From a virus, in IMG/VR virus record IMGVR_UViG_3300012668_000094, positions 1-45,915 of that record: DNA of 45,915 nucleotides. The stretch is one strand, 5' to 3'. Both the position numbers and the translations under genes were made by a program. Each line of letters begins with the position of its first letter. The stretch's first letter is position 1. A model generated the notes under the pieces. The model saw only the letters and a list, made by a program, of their open reading frames with translations, was not told the DNA's origin and ran no database searches. Positions 1 to 7,854 of the stretch are shown here, piece by piece.

Positions 1-77
1 AGACCCCCGATGGTGCCGACCCAGAAGATCTGCCATCTGAGGCCCTTGCGCGTTGTGTGTGAGGATTGCACCCACTC
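1..77. repeat. 77-bp terminal overlap identical to 45839..45915 (circular closure of the contig)
   Basis: Read directly: nt 1-77 and 45839-45915 are identical while the adjoining bases differ. Unique genome = 45,838 bp. Confidence 0.95.
58..70 (+). promoter_or_regulatory. copy of the 13-nt promoter-like motif (TGTGAGGATTGCA), antisense to the lysis-type genes
   Basis: Fits TGn + -10-like hexamer + TGCA consensus. Same bases as 45896..45908. Confidence 0.4.
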
Positions 78-105
78 GCCCCCTGTTCGCCCGTCTACGG
101 GGCTC

Positions 106-324
106 TCAGGACCTCTGAGAGGGCATATTGGCCCTTGCGGTCAGCGCAGCTGGGCCCCCGAGGAAGGCATAGATGGCCGAAGCGACCTGGAGCCACGTCG
201 GGATGCCGGCGCCGGCGCTCAGGAAGCCGACCACGGTGGCGCCCAGAATTACGCCCACTACTCCGAATAGGGAATAGGCAATACCACGGTATTGCTCGGG
301 AATTGCCTGCAATAGTTCTTTCAC
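106..324 (-). CDS. small membrane protein with 2 predicted TM helices (holin candidate)
   Basis: 72 aa. GTG start overlaps the upstream stop (GTGA). Hydrophobic stretches GIAYSLFGVVGVILGATVVGFL and WLQVASAIYAFLGGPAAL. Lies at the end of the late operon. Confidence 0.6.
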   Translation of the reverse strand: MKELLQAIPEQYRGIAYSLFGVVGVILGATVVGFLSAGAGIPTWLQVASAIYAFLGGPAALTARANMPSQRS

Positions 325-614
325 TTTGATTCCTCCGGGGCGACAGGGCTAGGGGTGTTGCTGACGGTGAGATCCCAGAGAGTGTTGATCTTGACGTCCT
401 GGGTGGCCTGTGCTTCCTTGACGAGCTGTAGCTCTACTGAGATATTGGCCAGCTTGTCGAGGACGGTGGGATTATTGGAAGTCCCACCGTTGCGTGTTAC
501 TTGGTGGTGTGTCTCAGTTACCTTGCGACGGTCTATCAGGTTGATAATCGTTCCGACAATGGAAGCGATAGCGGCAACGACTGCTGCTACGACTACTGCT
601 GTTGCAGGATCCAT
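321..614 (-). CDS. N-terminally membrane-anchored protein (lysis-cassette candidate)
   Basis: 97 aa. TAATG overlap with the upstream gene. N-terminal AVVVAAVVAAIASIVGTIINLI, then a polar/coiled tail. Confidence 0.55.
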   Translation of the reverse strand: MDPATAVVVAAVVAAIASIVGTIINLIDRRKVTETHHQVTRNGGTSNNPTVLDKLANISVELQLVKEAQATQDVKINTLWDLTVSNTPSPVAPEESK

Positions 615-2515
615 TACGCACTCACCGTTCGGAGTTGCAGGTAGAGAATTCCACCCTGGTTTCCATCGACCGTCGCATCCCGAGGGGTGCTTTGAATGAA
701 ACGCATTGACTCAATGACAACGGTCTGACCGACATTCAGGGAACTCGTGAAGTCCTGGTAAACCAGAGTCAGGGCATCACTCTCGAGCTGCTGGAGTGCC
801 ATGAGTCGATCCGAGCTGTACCTCGAGCCCCCGTATCGCTGGCCCGAGCGAGCCTGCTCCTCGTCGAAGCACAAGAGGGGCAGGGTGATGAGGCGCTGCG
901 GTGCCACCGCGGGCATCGCCCGGATGAGGTAGGAGTAGACCTTCGGGCCGGTGGTCCCGCCCGAGTGTCTCGTTAGCTCGATACGCAGTGATGCGTAGCG
1001 CATCGGGGCGCTGGCCCAACCCAGGGTGTCAGTGAGGATCTCCCCCTGGAGGGTCATGCTGCCGATGCTCTCGAGGGTGCCGCCCTCGCGGACACCCTGA
1101 ATGACCAGCGAGCCGGCCAGCGGCTCTATGTCCAGGTCGACGAACTTGAAGGCCTTGGGCTCGGTGGTGCGGAACCGGATACGGCTGGTCTGGACATAGC
1201 CGGTCGGCACGAGCTCGGTTGAGCTCTGGTACCACATGCGACCATCGGCGGTGGTGCCGTAGAGCTGGGACCCGATGCTTGCGGCCGAGGTCCAGCTGCT
1301 CACGAATTCGCAGTCAGCGTCCTTGGCGTACGGGAAGGTCCCGTCACCGAAGTCGGTGCTGGTGTCCACCCGGTAGACCAGGGCGTTGCCACCGGTCACA
1401 GCGAACGCGACGACGAAGAAGCGCCCCTGGCTGGTGATCGCCGTGCAGGAGGTCGCACCGGTGGGCTCGATGATGAGGGGCCCGTACTGGATCGAGGAGT
1501 CCTGCTGGACGACGCCGACCCGGAAGCCACGGCTGGTGCCGATGCCGATGTACTGGCCGGCCAGGACTGAGATCTCCTGGACCAGCTCCCCATCGGGGAG
1601 CACTGCGGTCACGGTCGCACCAGAGAGGGCGGGGAGACCCCCGCCCGCGTCGAAGGTGACAGCCTGGATGCTCGAGGAGAAGCCGTCGTGCCCACCGAAG
1701 TACATGGCAGAGGGGCCCTCGGCCATGCAGGTGTAGTTCCACCCGAGGTTGGGGTGGGTGAACTTCGGATCCTGGGACGCGAGGGCAGCCAACGCGAGGT
1801 TGGGCTGCCAGAGCTTGCGACCACCAATGACCCAGAGGCGATGCTTGCCCCATCCGAGCCGGGTCGGGCCGGCGCCGCAGAACCACTTGGTGGCCGTGCC
1901 GGGGGAGGAGATGAGGCCCTGGTATAGCTCACCGTCTGAGGTGACGTCGTAGAACGAGTTACCGGAGATCACTCCATCGACAATGGTGGCTGCCACATCG
2001 TGAAGCAGGACCAGGGCACTGCTCGGGCTGCCATCATTGGTGCTTTTGTAGAGGTTGCCGTTGGCCACCACCGACAGGCCTGCGGCACCGGAGACGGTGT
2101 AGTTCCTCATCCGGGTGTAGGTGCCGACAGGGCCCGTCAAGAGCACCATACGCTTGAGCAGGGAGAGCTCGCCCTGCTCGAACATGTTGACACCGCTGGA
2201 GTCCCAGAAGCCATTATGGGCGTCATCGCTACTGGGTTCGTACAGGAAGCCGGCGCCCTGGTGGAAGGAGCTCTGGCTCCGACGCCACCACCCGGACAGG
2301 CTCTGCTCCCCTGGGTCCTTCTCGGTGTCGAACTGCTCCTTGCGGAGGGGGATTGTCTCAATACTCTGGGGCAGCTCGGCAGAGGTGGCCAGCATGAACG
2401 GAATGCCACCAATGGCCACGTCAACCTCACGCCCCAGGCGGGAGTAGATCGCCTGGGACGCAGAGGACAGTCGCTCAGAGAGCGGTAGTGGGAGTCGGTC
2501 GGGGAAGTCAGCCAT
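614..2515 (-). CDS. large tail/nozzle-associated virion protein (633 aa)
   Basis: Uninterrupted ORF in the tail part of the late operon, overlapping neighbours at both ends. Beta-rich Gly/Ser/Thr composition. No specific motif recognised. Confidence 0.5.
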   Translation of the reverse strand: MADFPDRLPLPLSERLSSASQAIYSRLGREVDVAIGGIPFMLATSAELPQSIETIPLRKEQFDTEKDPGEQSLSGWWRRSQSSFHQGAGFLYEPSSDDAHNGFWDSSGVNMFEQGELSLLKRMVLLTGPVGTYTRMRNYTVSGAAGLSVVANGNLYKSTNDGSPSSALVLLHDVAATIVDGVISGNSFYDVTSDGELYQGLISSPGTATKWFCGAGPTRLGWGKHRLWVIGGRKLWQPNLALAALASQDPKFTHPNLGWNYTCMAEGPSAMYFGGHDGFSSSIQAVTFDAGGGLPALSGATVTAVLPDGELVQEISVLAGQYIGIGTSRGFRVGVVQQDSSIQYGPLIIEPTGATSCTAITSQGRFFVVAFAVTGGNALVYRVDTSTDFGDGTFPYAKDADCEFVSSWTSAASIGSQLYGTTADGRMWYQSSTELVPTGYVQTSRIRFRTTEPKAFKFVDLDIEPLAGSLVIQGVREGGTLESIGSMTLQGEILTDTLGWASAPMRYASLRIELTRHSGGTTGPKVYSYLIRAMPAVAPQRLITLPLLCFDEEQARSGQRYGGSRYSSDRLMALQQLESDALTLVYQDFTSSLNVGQTVVIESMRFIQSTPRDATVDGNQGGILYLQLRTVSA

Positions 2516-3411
2516 CAGGCGGTTCGCTTGAACATGTAGCAGGTGATGTAGGGCTGGAGGTTATTGTGTGCGGCGCCGCCACCCGTGTTCTGGTTTGTTG
2601 CGGTTGCCGGGTTGTTCGTTGCGGTTGTTGCGGTGACCAGGGAGTTGTTACTCGTACCGATCACGCCTGAGCCCGCCGCGGGCGCAACCGTGGTGATCGG
2701 ATCACCCAGTACCTGCTGGTGCTGGTGCGGGTTTTGCGTGTGGTTGTGGGCATCCTGGACGTGCGTGTGAGATGGCATCTCGGCAACGGTCAGGGTGTGG
2801 GTCTTGGCTCCGCCGATCTCCTCAGCGGTATCGAACTCCACCTGCGCGGCATCAACACCAACTGGCACGCGACCAGATCCCCAGGCCACCCAGGTTCCAC
2901 CGAGATAGGTGCCGGGGTTGACGTTGGTTGCACACATCTTGATGTCACCGACCGGGTGGGCGGCAAGGAGCGCCGCCTTCACGAAGGCCGTGGTCGCCAA
3001 GGCGGTAGTGCTATCCGTCGTGACAGGAGTCGTCGCGGTCTTATTGGTCAGCATCTGGGTGTCCGTGGTGCCGACCACGGAGCCGACGACACCATGGACG
3101 TTTGCCGAGGCGTTGACGTGAGCATTGGGCTCACGAACATCCTGGGCCGTAATGCCGTGGACAACTGAGGCGCCGGCCGAGTGCGCGAACGCCGTGGTGC
3201 CGTCGATCCCTCGAGTGACCGTCAGGGTCGTGCCGGCCGCGGCCGTCACGGAGACGGCCTCTTCCGTCGCCGTACCCCGGTCGATGATGAGGGTGTACGG
3301 GTAGGAGATCGGCAGGCCGGTCACCGACGTCATCACAATGGCCGTGGCGAGGGCCGTGCAGCTGTTGGCGAGTGTGGACGCCGCTGCATTGGCGTATTGC
3401 CTTACTGGCAT
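2515..3411 (-). CDS. tail fibre protein with phage-tail-collar-like C-terminal domain
   Basis: 298 aa. C-terminal ...GGAKTHTLTVAEMPSHTH...GGGAAHNNLQPYITCYMFKRTA resembles the collar/MdpB-type fibre tip. Thr/Ala-rich shaft. Confidence 0.7.
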   Translation of the reverse strand: MPVRQYANAAASTLANSCTALATAIVMTSVTGLPISYPYTLIIDRGTATEEAVSVTAAAGTTLTVTRGIDGTTAFAHSAGASVVHGITAQDVREPNAHVNASANVHGVVGSVVGTTDTQMLTNKTATTPVTTDSTTALATTAFVKAALLAAHPVGDIKMCATNVNPGTYLGGTWVAWGSGRVPVGVDAAQVEFDTAEEIGGAKTHTLTVAEMPSHTHVQDAHNHTQNPHQHQQVLGDPITTVAPAAGSGVIGTSNNSLVTATTATNNPATATNQNTGGGAAHNNLQPYITCYMFKRTA

Positions 3412-3414
3412 CGG

Positions 3415-4278
3415 TTACCTCGCAAGGTAGTTGGGTCGGGACGGGAACTGCTCGAGCAGTCGCCGGCGCTCCTCGGCTACGCGCTGGTTGTAGAGCGCGA
3501 AGAGCTGGGTGGCCGTACGGCCGGCATCGCCGGCCTGGATCACATTGGCCCTGCTGACGTTCTCAACGGAGTTGAGCTGCAAGCGGGCTGGCTCGAGGAA
3601 GCGGATCATCCGGGCAGTGACGCCGTAGGTGATCAAGTCCTCGAAGGAGTCGGGGATCCCGGCCGCGGCGAAGTCGGTGGTCAGCGCCCCGAACTTTGCT
3701 GTATAGACGACCCGGACGTCCCACCTCGAGGGCGCACCCTCGTAGAGGTTGAGCATCGGGGTGGTCGTGGTCTTCTCGAGCTCGTAGTTGTTGATGGGGT
3801 ACCAGTAGTCGGCGGGATCCACGGACCACTTCGTCTCGACTCGAAGGATGTTCTCGACGTCGGTCGGCAGGGGGTAGCTGCGGTCAATGACCTGGGGCGC
3901 CAGGGTGGTCTCCTTGACCCGAAATAGGGCCGGGAACAATCCACCGAGGACCTGATCCAGCGCCCGCCCAACCTCGGCTCGAGGGAAGGCCGGATCGAAG
4001 GTGACCATGACTCCGCTGTTGTGGGCAGCCGCGGTCGTACTCCGATACCCCCGCCCAAAGGCTGGGACGATGAGGTCGTTGCCACTCACGGAGTCGACGT
4101 AGATCAGCTCGTCGTCGATCTCTGTGATACCCCGCCTTGCCCCGTCAACGCCCGTACAGGGGATGGCCAGGGCACCAGAGGTCAATGCGCCGTTCAGCGA
4201 CGTGACCTGCTCATGCACCCCTGAGTAGGAGTGCAGAGCAGAGCTGATGCTCGTGATGAGCTCGGACCTCGTGGGCAC
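3415..4278 (-). CDS. virion structural protein (287 aa)
   Basis: Track ORF trimmed to GTG 4278, which has a GGAGA RBS 2 nt after the upstream stop. The upstream 62 codons are Arg/His-rich junk overlapping gene 4281..4631. Confidence 0.5.
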   Translation of the reverse strand: MPTRSELITSISSALHSYSGVHEQVTSLNGALTSGALAIPCTGVDGARRGITEIDDELIYVDSVSGNDLIVPAFGRGYRSTTAAAHNSGVMVTFDPAFPRAEVGRALDQVLGGLFPALFRVKETTLAPQVIDRSYPLPTDVENILRVETKWSVDPADYWYPINNYELEKTTTTPMLNLYEGAPSRWDVRVVYTAKFGALTTDFAAAGIPDSFEDLITYGVTARMIRFLEPARLQLNSVENVSRANVIQAGDAGRTATQLFALYNQRVAEERRRLLEQFPSRPNYLAR

Positions 4279-4280
4279 GA

Positions 4281-4631
4281 TCAGTCTCCGATGAGAGCCG
4301 AAGCGGCGAAGGTGAAGGAGGGGGTGGTGCCGGTGATCGTGTAGACCAGACGGGCGTACTGTCCCTTGACGGCGAACTCCTTGACGACCTTCTTGGCGGC
4401 GGTGATCGCAGTGAAGGTGTCGGGGGTGTCGCCCACATACCACGTCGAGTTGTCGTTGGACCACTCGACACTGACCGTCATGGACGGGCCAGTGCCGGTG
4501 ACCGCTGTGGCGTCAATGAAGACATCGAGGGTGTCGTCGGTCCCGGTCGGGAACGCGGTGCCGTTGGTTGTAGCGATCAGGGCACCCGACGCCTTGGCGA
4601 CGACTACCTGACGAGTCTTGGAGATTCTCAT
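4281..4631 (-). CDS. small beta-rich virion protein
   Basis: 116 aa from ATG 4631 with RBS GGGTGAGGA. Thr/Ala/Val-rich, ...SVEWSNDNSTWY... Confidence 0.45.
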   Translation of the reverse strand: MRISKTRQVVVAKASGALIATTNGTAFPTGTDDTLDVFIDATAVTGTGPSMTVSVEWSNDNSTWYVGDTPDTFTAITAAKKVVKEFAVKGQYARLVYTITGTTPSFTFAASALIGD

Positions 4632-4638
4632 GGGGTCC

Positions 4639-4884
4639 TCACCCTTGATAGGCGGATCCGGTGATCTCACTCACCTGGATCGCCGCTTGGACATCGTGCG
4701 GTCGGGTGCTCGCCGGCTGGATGCCGTACTTGCGAGCTTGTGCGTAACTGTCGAGCGTTTTGTCTGCCGCCTTCTGCGCCCCGAGGATCTCGGGATCGAG
4801 GGCGTTGGTGCGGAGGTTCTTGGCTCGAAGGCAAGCCCCGTAGCTCGAGTGATCCTTCGTGCGGCAGCTGCTGGAGCAGGCCAT
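4639..4884 (-). CDS. hypothetical late protein (81 aa)
   Basis: Strong RBS TAAGGAG before ATG 4884. Sits in the late operon. Confidence 0.45.
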   Translation of the reverse strand: MACSSSCRTKDHSSYGACLRAKNLRTNALDPEILGAQKAADKTLDSYAQARKYGIQPASTRPHDVQAAIQVSEITGSAYQG

Positions 4885-4892
4885 GGCTCTCC

Positions 4893-6704
4893 TTAGATCT
4901 GGGTGGAGGGGTAGCCCGCCGTGGCGAGCGAATCGGCTACGGCTTGGTCGAGCTCATATACACAGCCACCGCGCCAGTAATCGACCCCATCGACCTTCCC
5001 CACGAGGTCCTCTGGAACGAGGACCGAGACTCGGGTGTAGACCGCACCGTTCTTGATGATGCTTTTGGCGTGCGTCACGGTGAAGTAGCGCAGTGGTGCG
5101 ATGCGGGTCCGGATCGGCTCTTGGTGCGTGGGGGGTGAGAAGCGGTACTTCGGAACGATGATTACCTGGACTGCCCAGGTGGTACTCCGGGTCGGAGTGA
5201 CCTGAGCCAGGACCCTCCAGGTGGTCGAGCGCGAAGTGCTGACCGAGGTGCGGAGGACATTCCATGTCGTCGCCCGAGAGCCAGAGACTGTCGACCTGAC
5301 CCGCCATGTGGTTGCTCGCGTCACCGGAGCGACGGTTGTGAGAACGTCCCACGTCGTGGCCCTGCTGGCGGCAGTATTCGTCCTGACGTCCCAGGTGGTT
5401 GACCTGGATGTCGGGAGGGTGGCCTTGGTGTTCCAGCTGGTCACCCTCGAGGGAGTAACCCTGGCCTTCGTGTGCCACGAGGTGGCGCGGGACGCGCCGA
5501 CCGTGGCGAGGCTGCTGAGGACGTTCCAGGTGGTCGCCCTGGTCGTCGAGACTGTGGTCCTGACGTTCCAGGTGGTTGACCGGGTGGGCGCGACCGAAGC
5601 GAGCACGCGCCACGTGGTGGCGCGCGTCGGGGTGACGGTCGCCTTGACGTTCCAGGTAGTGGCACGCGAAGCCGTGACGGTGGCGAGTCCCCCGGCGACA
5701 TTCCATGTCGTGGCGCGGCTTGCGGCGACGGTCGCCTTCGTGTTCCAGGTCGTCGCTCGGCTGCCGGCGACGGTCGTGCGTACATTCCAGGTCGTCGAGC
5801 GGGTCGGTGTGACAGTGGCCCGGACGTGCCACGTGGTGGCCCTCGTGCTGGCAGTGGACGCCTGGACGCGCCACGTGGTGGCGCGGGTGGCGGCGGTGCT
5901 GGTGCGGATGTCCCAGGTGGTCTGACGGGATGCGGCCAGGGTCGCCTTGGTGTGCCACGTCGTGGCGCGGGTCGGAGTGACCCGAGCCTTGGTGTGCCAC
6001 GTGGTTGCCCGCGAGGCGGCGACCGTGGTGGTGGTTGCGCCACCCTTGATCTCGACGACGTGCATCCGCCACTTGGGGGCGTTTGCGTGCAGGCCGGTGA
6101 CCTGGATCGTCTTGGCGCCAGCCGCCCCGACGTTGGGGTGGTAGAACGCCATGAGCGTGTAGGCGGCGTTGTTGTGGAAGTACGCCAGCTCGACAGGTGT
6201 TCCGCCGTTGATCGCGGTATAGGCGCGAGAGGCGTGAGGCAGGGCGTTCCAGTCGCCCATGATGACCAGTAGGGCGCTGTCAGCGGCAGCGGTGGTGAAC
6301 GAGTACGAGACAGATGTGCCGGTGATTATCTGGGCACTGTTAGCGACGTTCCCGACACCGCCATGGCTTCGCCATACCGAGGAGTTGTGGTTGTACCTGT
6401 TGACGGTTCCAGCCGCTCGGGAGGCCGAGACCGTCCCTGCCGCCCACGCGCTGGTGCATTGCGTCCGCGCCGACTGGATCCACACGTCATCGTTCAGCCC
6501 ACCCGGGGACTCCGCATGCTCTGTCCATGTCTCAGCGACCGACGACGCCCACGAATAGTTCTCATTGTTGTCGTCGTTCTCCTCACAGAGCAGTGAGACA
6601 ACGAGGTCACCATTATTGGTGGCAAACCCGGGCGTCGTCTTGGGACTGGTGCTCGTGTCCCAGGATTCCCCGGCGCCGTGGGTGACAAAGGTGGGCGCTG
6701 GCAT
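4893..6704 (-). CDS. virion fibre/surface protein with 20 tandem [ST]R[AS]TTW repeats
   Basis: 603 aa: globular N-domain (1-230), 20 repeats of ~13 aa each with a conserved Trp (231-513), and a 90-aa C-domain. Confidence 0.65.
   Translation of the reverse strand: MPAPTFVTHGAGESWDTSTSPKTTPGFATNNGDLVVSLLCEENDDNNENYSWASSVAETWTEHAESPGGLNDDVWIQSARTQCTSAWAAGTVSASRAAGTVNRYNHNSSVWRSHGGVGNVANSAQIITGTSVSYSFTTAAADSALLVIMGDWNALPHASRAYTAINGGTPVELAYFHNNAAYTLMAFYHPNVGAAGAKTIQVTGLHANAPKWRMHVVEIKGGATTTTVAASRATTWHTKARVTPTRATTWHTKATLAASRQTTWDIRTSTAATRATTWRVQASTASTRATTWHVRATVTPTRSTTWNVRTTVAGSRATTWNTKATVAASRATTWNVAGGLATVTASRATTWNVKATVTPTRATTWRVLASVAPTRSTTWNVRTTVSTTRATTWNVLSSLATVGASRATSWHTKARVTPSRVTSWNTKATLPTSRSTTWDVRTNTAASRATTWDVLTTVAPVTRATTWRVRSTVSGSRATTWNVLRTSVSTSRSTTWRVLAQVTPTRSTTWAVQVIIVPKYRFSPPTHQEPIRTRIAPLRYFTVTHAKSIIKNGAVYTRVSVLVPEDLVGKVDGVDYWRGGCVYELDQAVADSLATAGYPSTQI
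5166..6014 (-). repeat. coding tandem repeat array (~39-nt units, 20 copies, diverged)
   Basis: Peptide units such as SRATTWNVKATVTP and TRATTWRVLASVAP. The array generates the long wrong-frame ORFs in the track. Confidence 0.85.
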
Positions 6705-6705
6705 G

Positions 6706-7059
6706 TCAAGCCGGCTGGGTGAACTGGAAGCCCAGGCCGGCTACGTCGGCATAGGCCTCCAGGCCGAGGTTCTTCAAGGTGCCAGCCGCCGTGATGACAA
6801 CATCGGTACCGGGGTCAACCTTGACCCAAAGGGGGGCTTTCTTCTTGTTGGGCAGGAGCGCCCATGCGGGGACGTTGCCCGTGTTGCGGGTACGGAGGTA
6901 CGACACCGGCCCATTGCAGTCGGGGCGCACCGACACCCCGTCCCAGCCATAACGGCAGTCGATGAGCACCGATCCCGAGAAGTTGGGTAGGGGTGTCTCC
7001 AGGGTGACGCTGTTGTAAGCGTCACCCCGAGAAGCCGGATCACAGGTCCCAATAGGCAT
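6706..7059 (-). CDS. hypothetical virion protein (117 aa)
   Basis: TGATG overlap with the upstream gene. Late operon position. Confidence 0.5.
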   Translation of the reverse strand: MPIGTCDPASRGDAYNSVTLETPLPNFSGSVLIDCRYGWDGVSVRPDCNGPVSYLRTRNTGNVPAWALLPNKKKAPLWVKVDPGTDVVITAAGTLKNLGLEAYADVAGLGFQFTQPA

Positions 7060-7607
7060 CAGAGGCTGCCGGTCTCACCAGACACGGCGATGGTCACACC
7101 GTCGTTGGATAGAGCGGCAGTGTTCGCCGCGGTGCGGCGGACCCAGATGGCACGACAGGAGCCGGCCGCGATGTTGCCCAGGGCGAGGCCGGTGCCGACC
7201 GTGGTCGGGGACGAGAAGGCCGACGTGCCCACCGGAGCGGTCGTCTCGTTTGCAACCTCAGCCGCTTGTGCGGCAGTTGCACCAATGGCAGACGCGGCCA
7301 CGTTGTCCGTGGCGATGGCGATGGACGCCCCGCCCGCGGTCTCGGCGGAGAGGTAGACGACCACGTTCTCGTACACGTTGGCCGCGTTCGAGTTGTGGAT
7401 GAAGATGCAGCGGTAGTCGACGGTACTCGCAGCATTCTCCGCGCCCGACACGTCGTCGAAGAGGTCATTGAGGGCTCCACCGGCCCAGGCCGTGGTGGAG
7501 ATGTACTTGCCGAGGGAGCCAGCTGCGGTGCCCACGGTCGAGTTGCCGGCCGTGCCGGTCTTGACGCTGTACTTGTACAGCACTTCGGCTGAGGTAATGG
7601 CAGCCAT
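7059..7607 (-). CDS. virion structural protein (182 aa)
   Basis: ATG 7607 with AGGAG RBS; the longer track ORF is unsupported. Ala/Thr/Gly-rich, ...DYRCIFIHNSN...AIWVRR... Confidence 0.55.
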   Translation of the reverse strand: MAAITSAEVLYKYSVKTGTAGNSTVGTAAGSLGKYISTTAWAGGALNDLFDDVSGAENAASTVDYRCIFIHNSNAANVYENVVVYLSAETAGGASIAIATDNVAASAIGATAAQAAEVANETTAPVGTSAFSSPTTVGTGLALGNIAAGSCRAIWVRRTAANTAALSNDGVTIAVSGETGSL

Positions 7608-7625
7608 GGTCGCTCCTGTGTTATG

Positions 7626-7638
7626 TGTTAGGATTGCA
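7626..7638 (+). promoter_or_regulatory. extended -10 promoter-like motif TGTTAGGATTGCA
   Basis: TGnTAGGAT is a good actinobacterial extended -10. It sits 7-8 nt upstream of the tRNA-like element. Confidence 0.55.
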
Positions 7639-7641
7639 GCA

Positions 7642-7805
7642 TCGGTAGTTGGTGTAGTGGCCGCGTGGGCTTCGTGCCTGTAGCGGCGGCGTGCCAGCAC
7701 ATCGCCCGCGGGTCGTCCGGACGCTCGCCGCGGGGACTTACTGCTGGAGGCTGAGCACACGGGCAGCGGCGCCCGAGGGCCGGTTCGATCCCGGACTACC
7801 GACCA
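7642..7805 (+). ncRNA. tRNA-like structured RNA (acceptor + T arm + CCA, with oversized core)
   Basis: TCGGTAGT (7642-49) pairs with ACTACCGA (7795-7802). T arm CCGG/TTCGATC/CCGG (7780-94), CCA at 7803-05, D-loop-like GGTGTAGTGG. About 125 nt lie where about 45 are expected. Confidence 0.5.
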
Positions 7806-7810
7806 GGACC

Positions 7811-7836
7811 CGAGGGCCCCCGCGAGGGGGCCCTCG
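7811..7836. terminator. 10-bp GC hairpin after the capsid gene / tRNA-like element
   Basis: CGAGGGCCCC-N6-GGGGCCCTCG. No clear U tail on either strand (I-shaped actinobacterial type, or attenuator). Confidence 0.5.
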
Positions 7837-7854
7837 AGCCTTAGATCACGACGA

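Noticed and set aside
4954-6072. Long alternative-frame ORFs across the TTW repeat array (4954..6072 -, 5221..5925 +, 5441..6043 -)
   Set aside because: They arise because the coding repeat lacks stops in several frames. Their sequences are repetitive His/Arg/Pro or Val/Ala strings with no independent start signals.
7642-7805. Calling the element a canonical tRNA, a tmRNA or the attP core
   Set aside because: No standard D or anticodon arm can be drawn, and the core is ~80 nt too long. It is far too short and lacks a tag ORF and the G3:U70 identity pair for tmRNA. It lies 8 kb from int in the middle of the late operon and has both halves of the acceptor stem, which an att core would not need. 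It is kept as a 'tRNA-like RNA' only.
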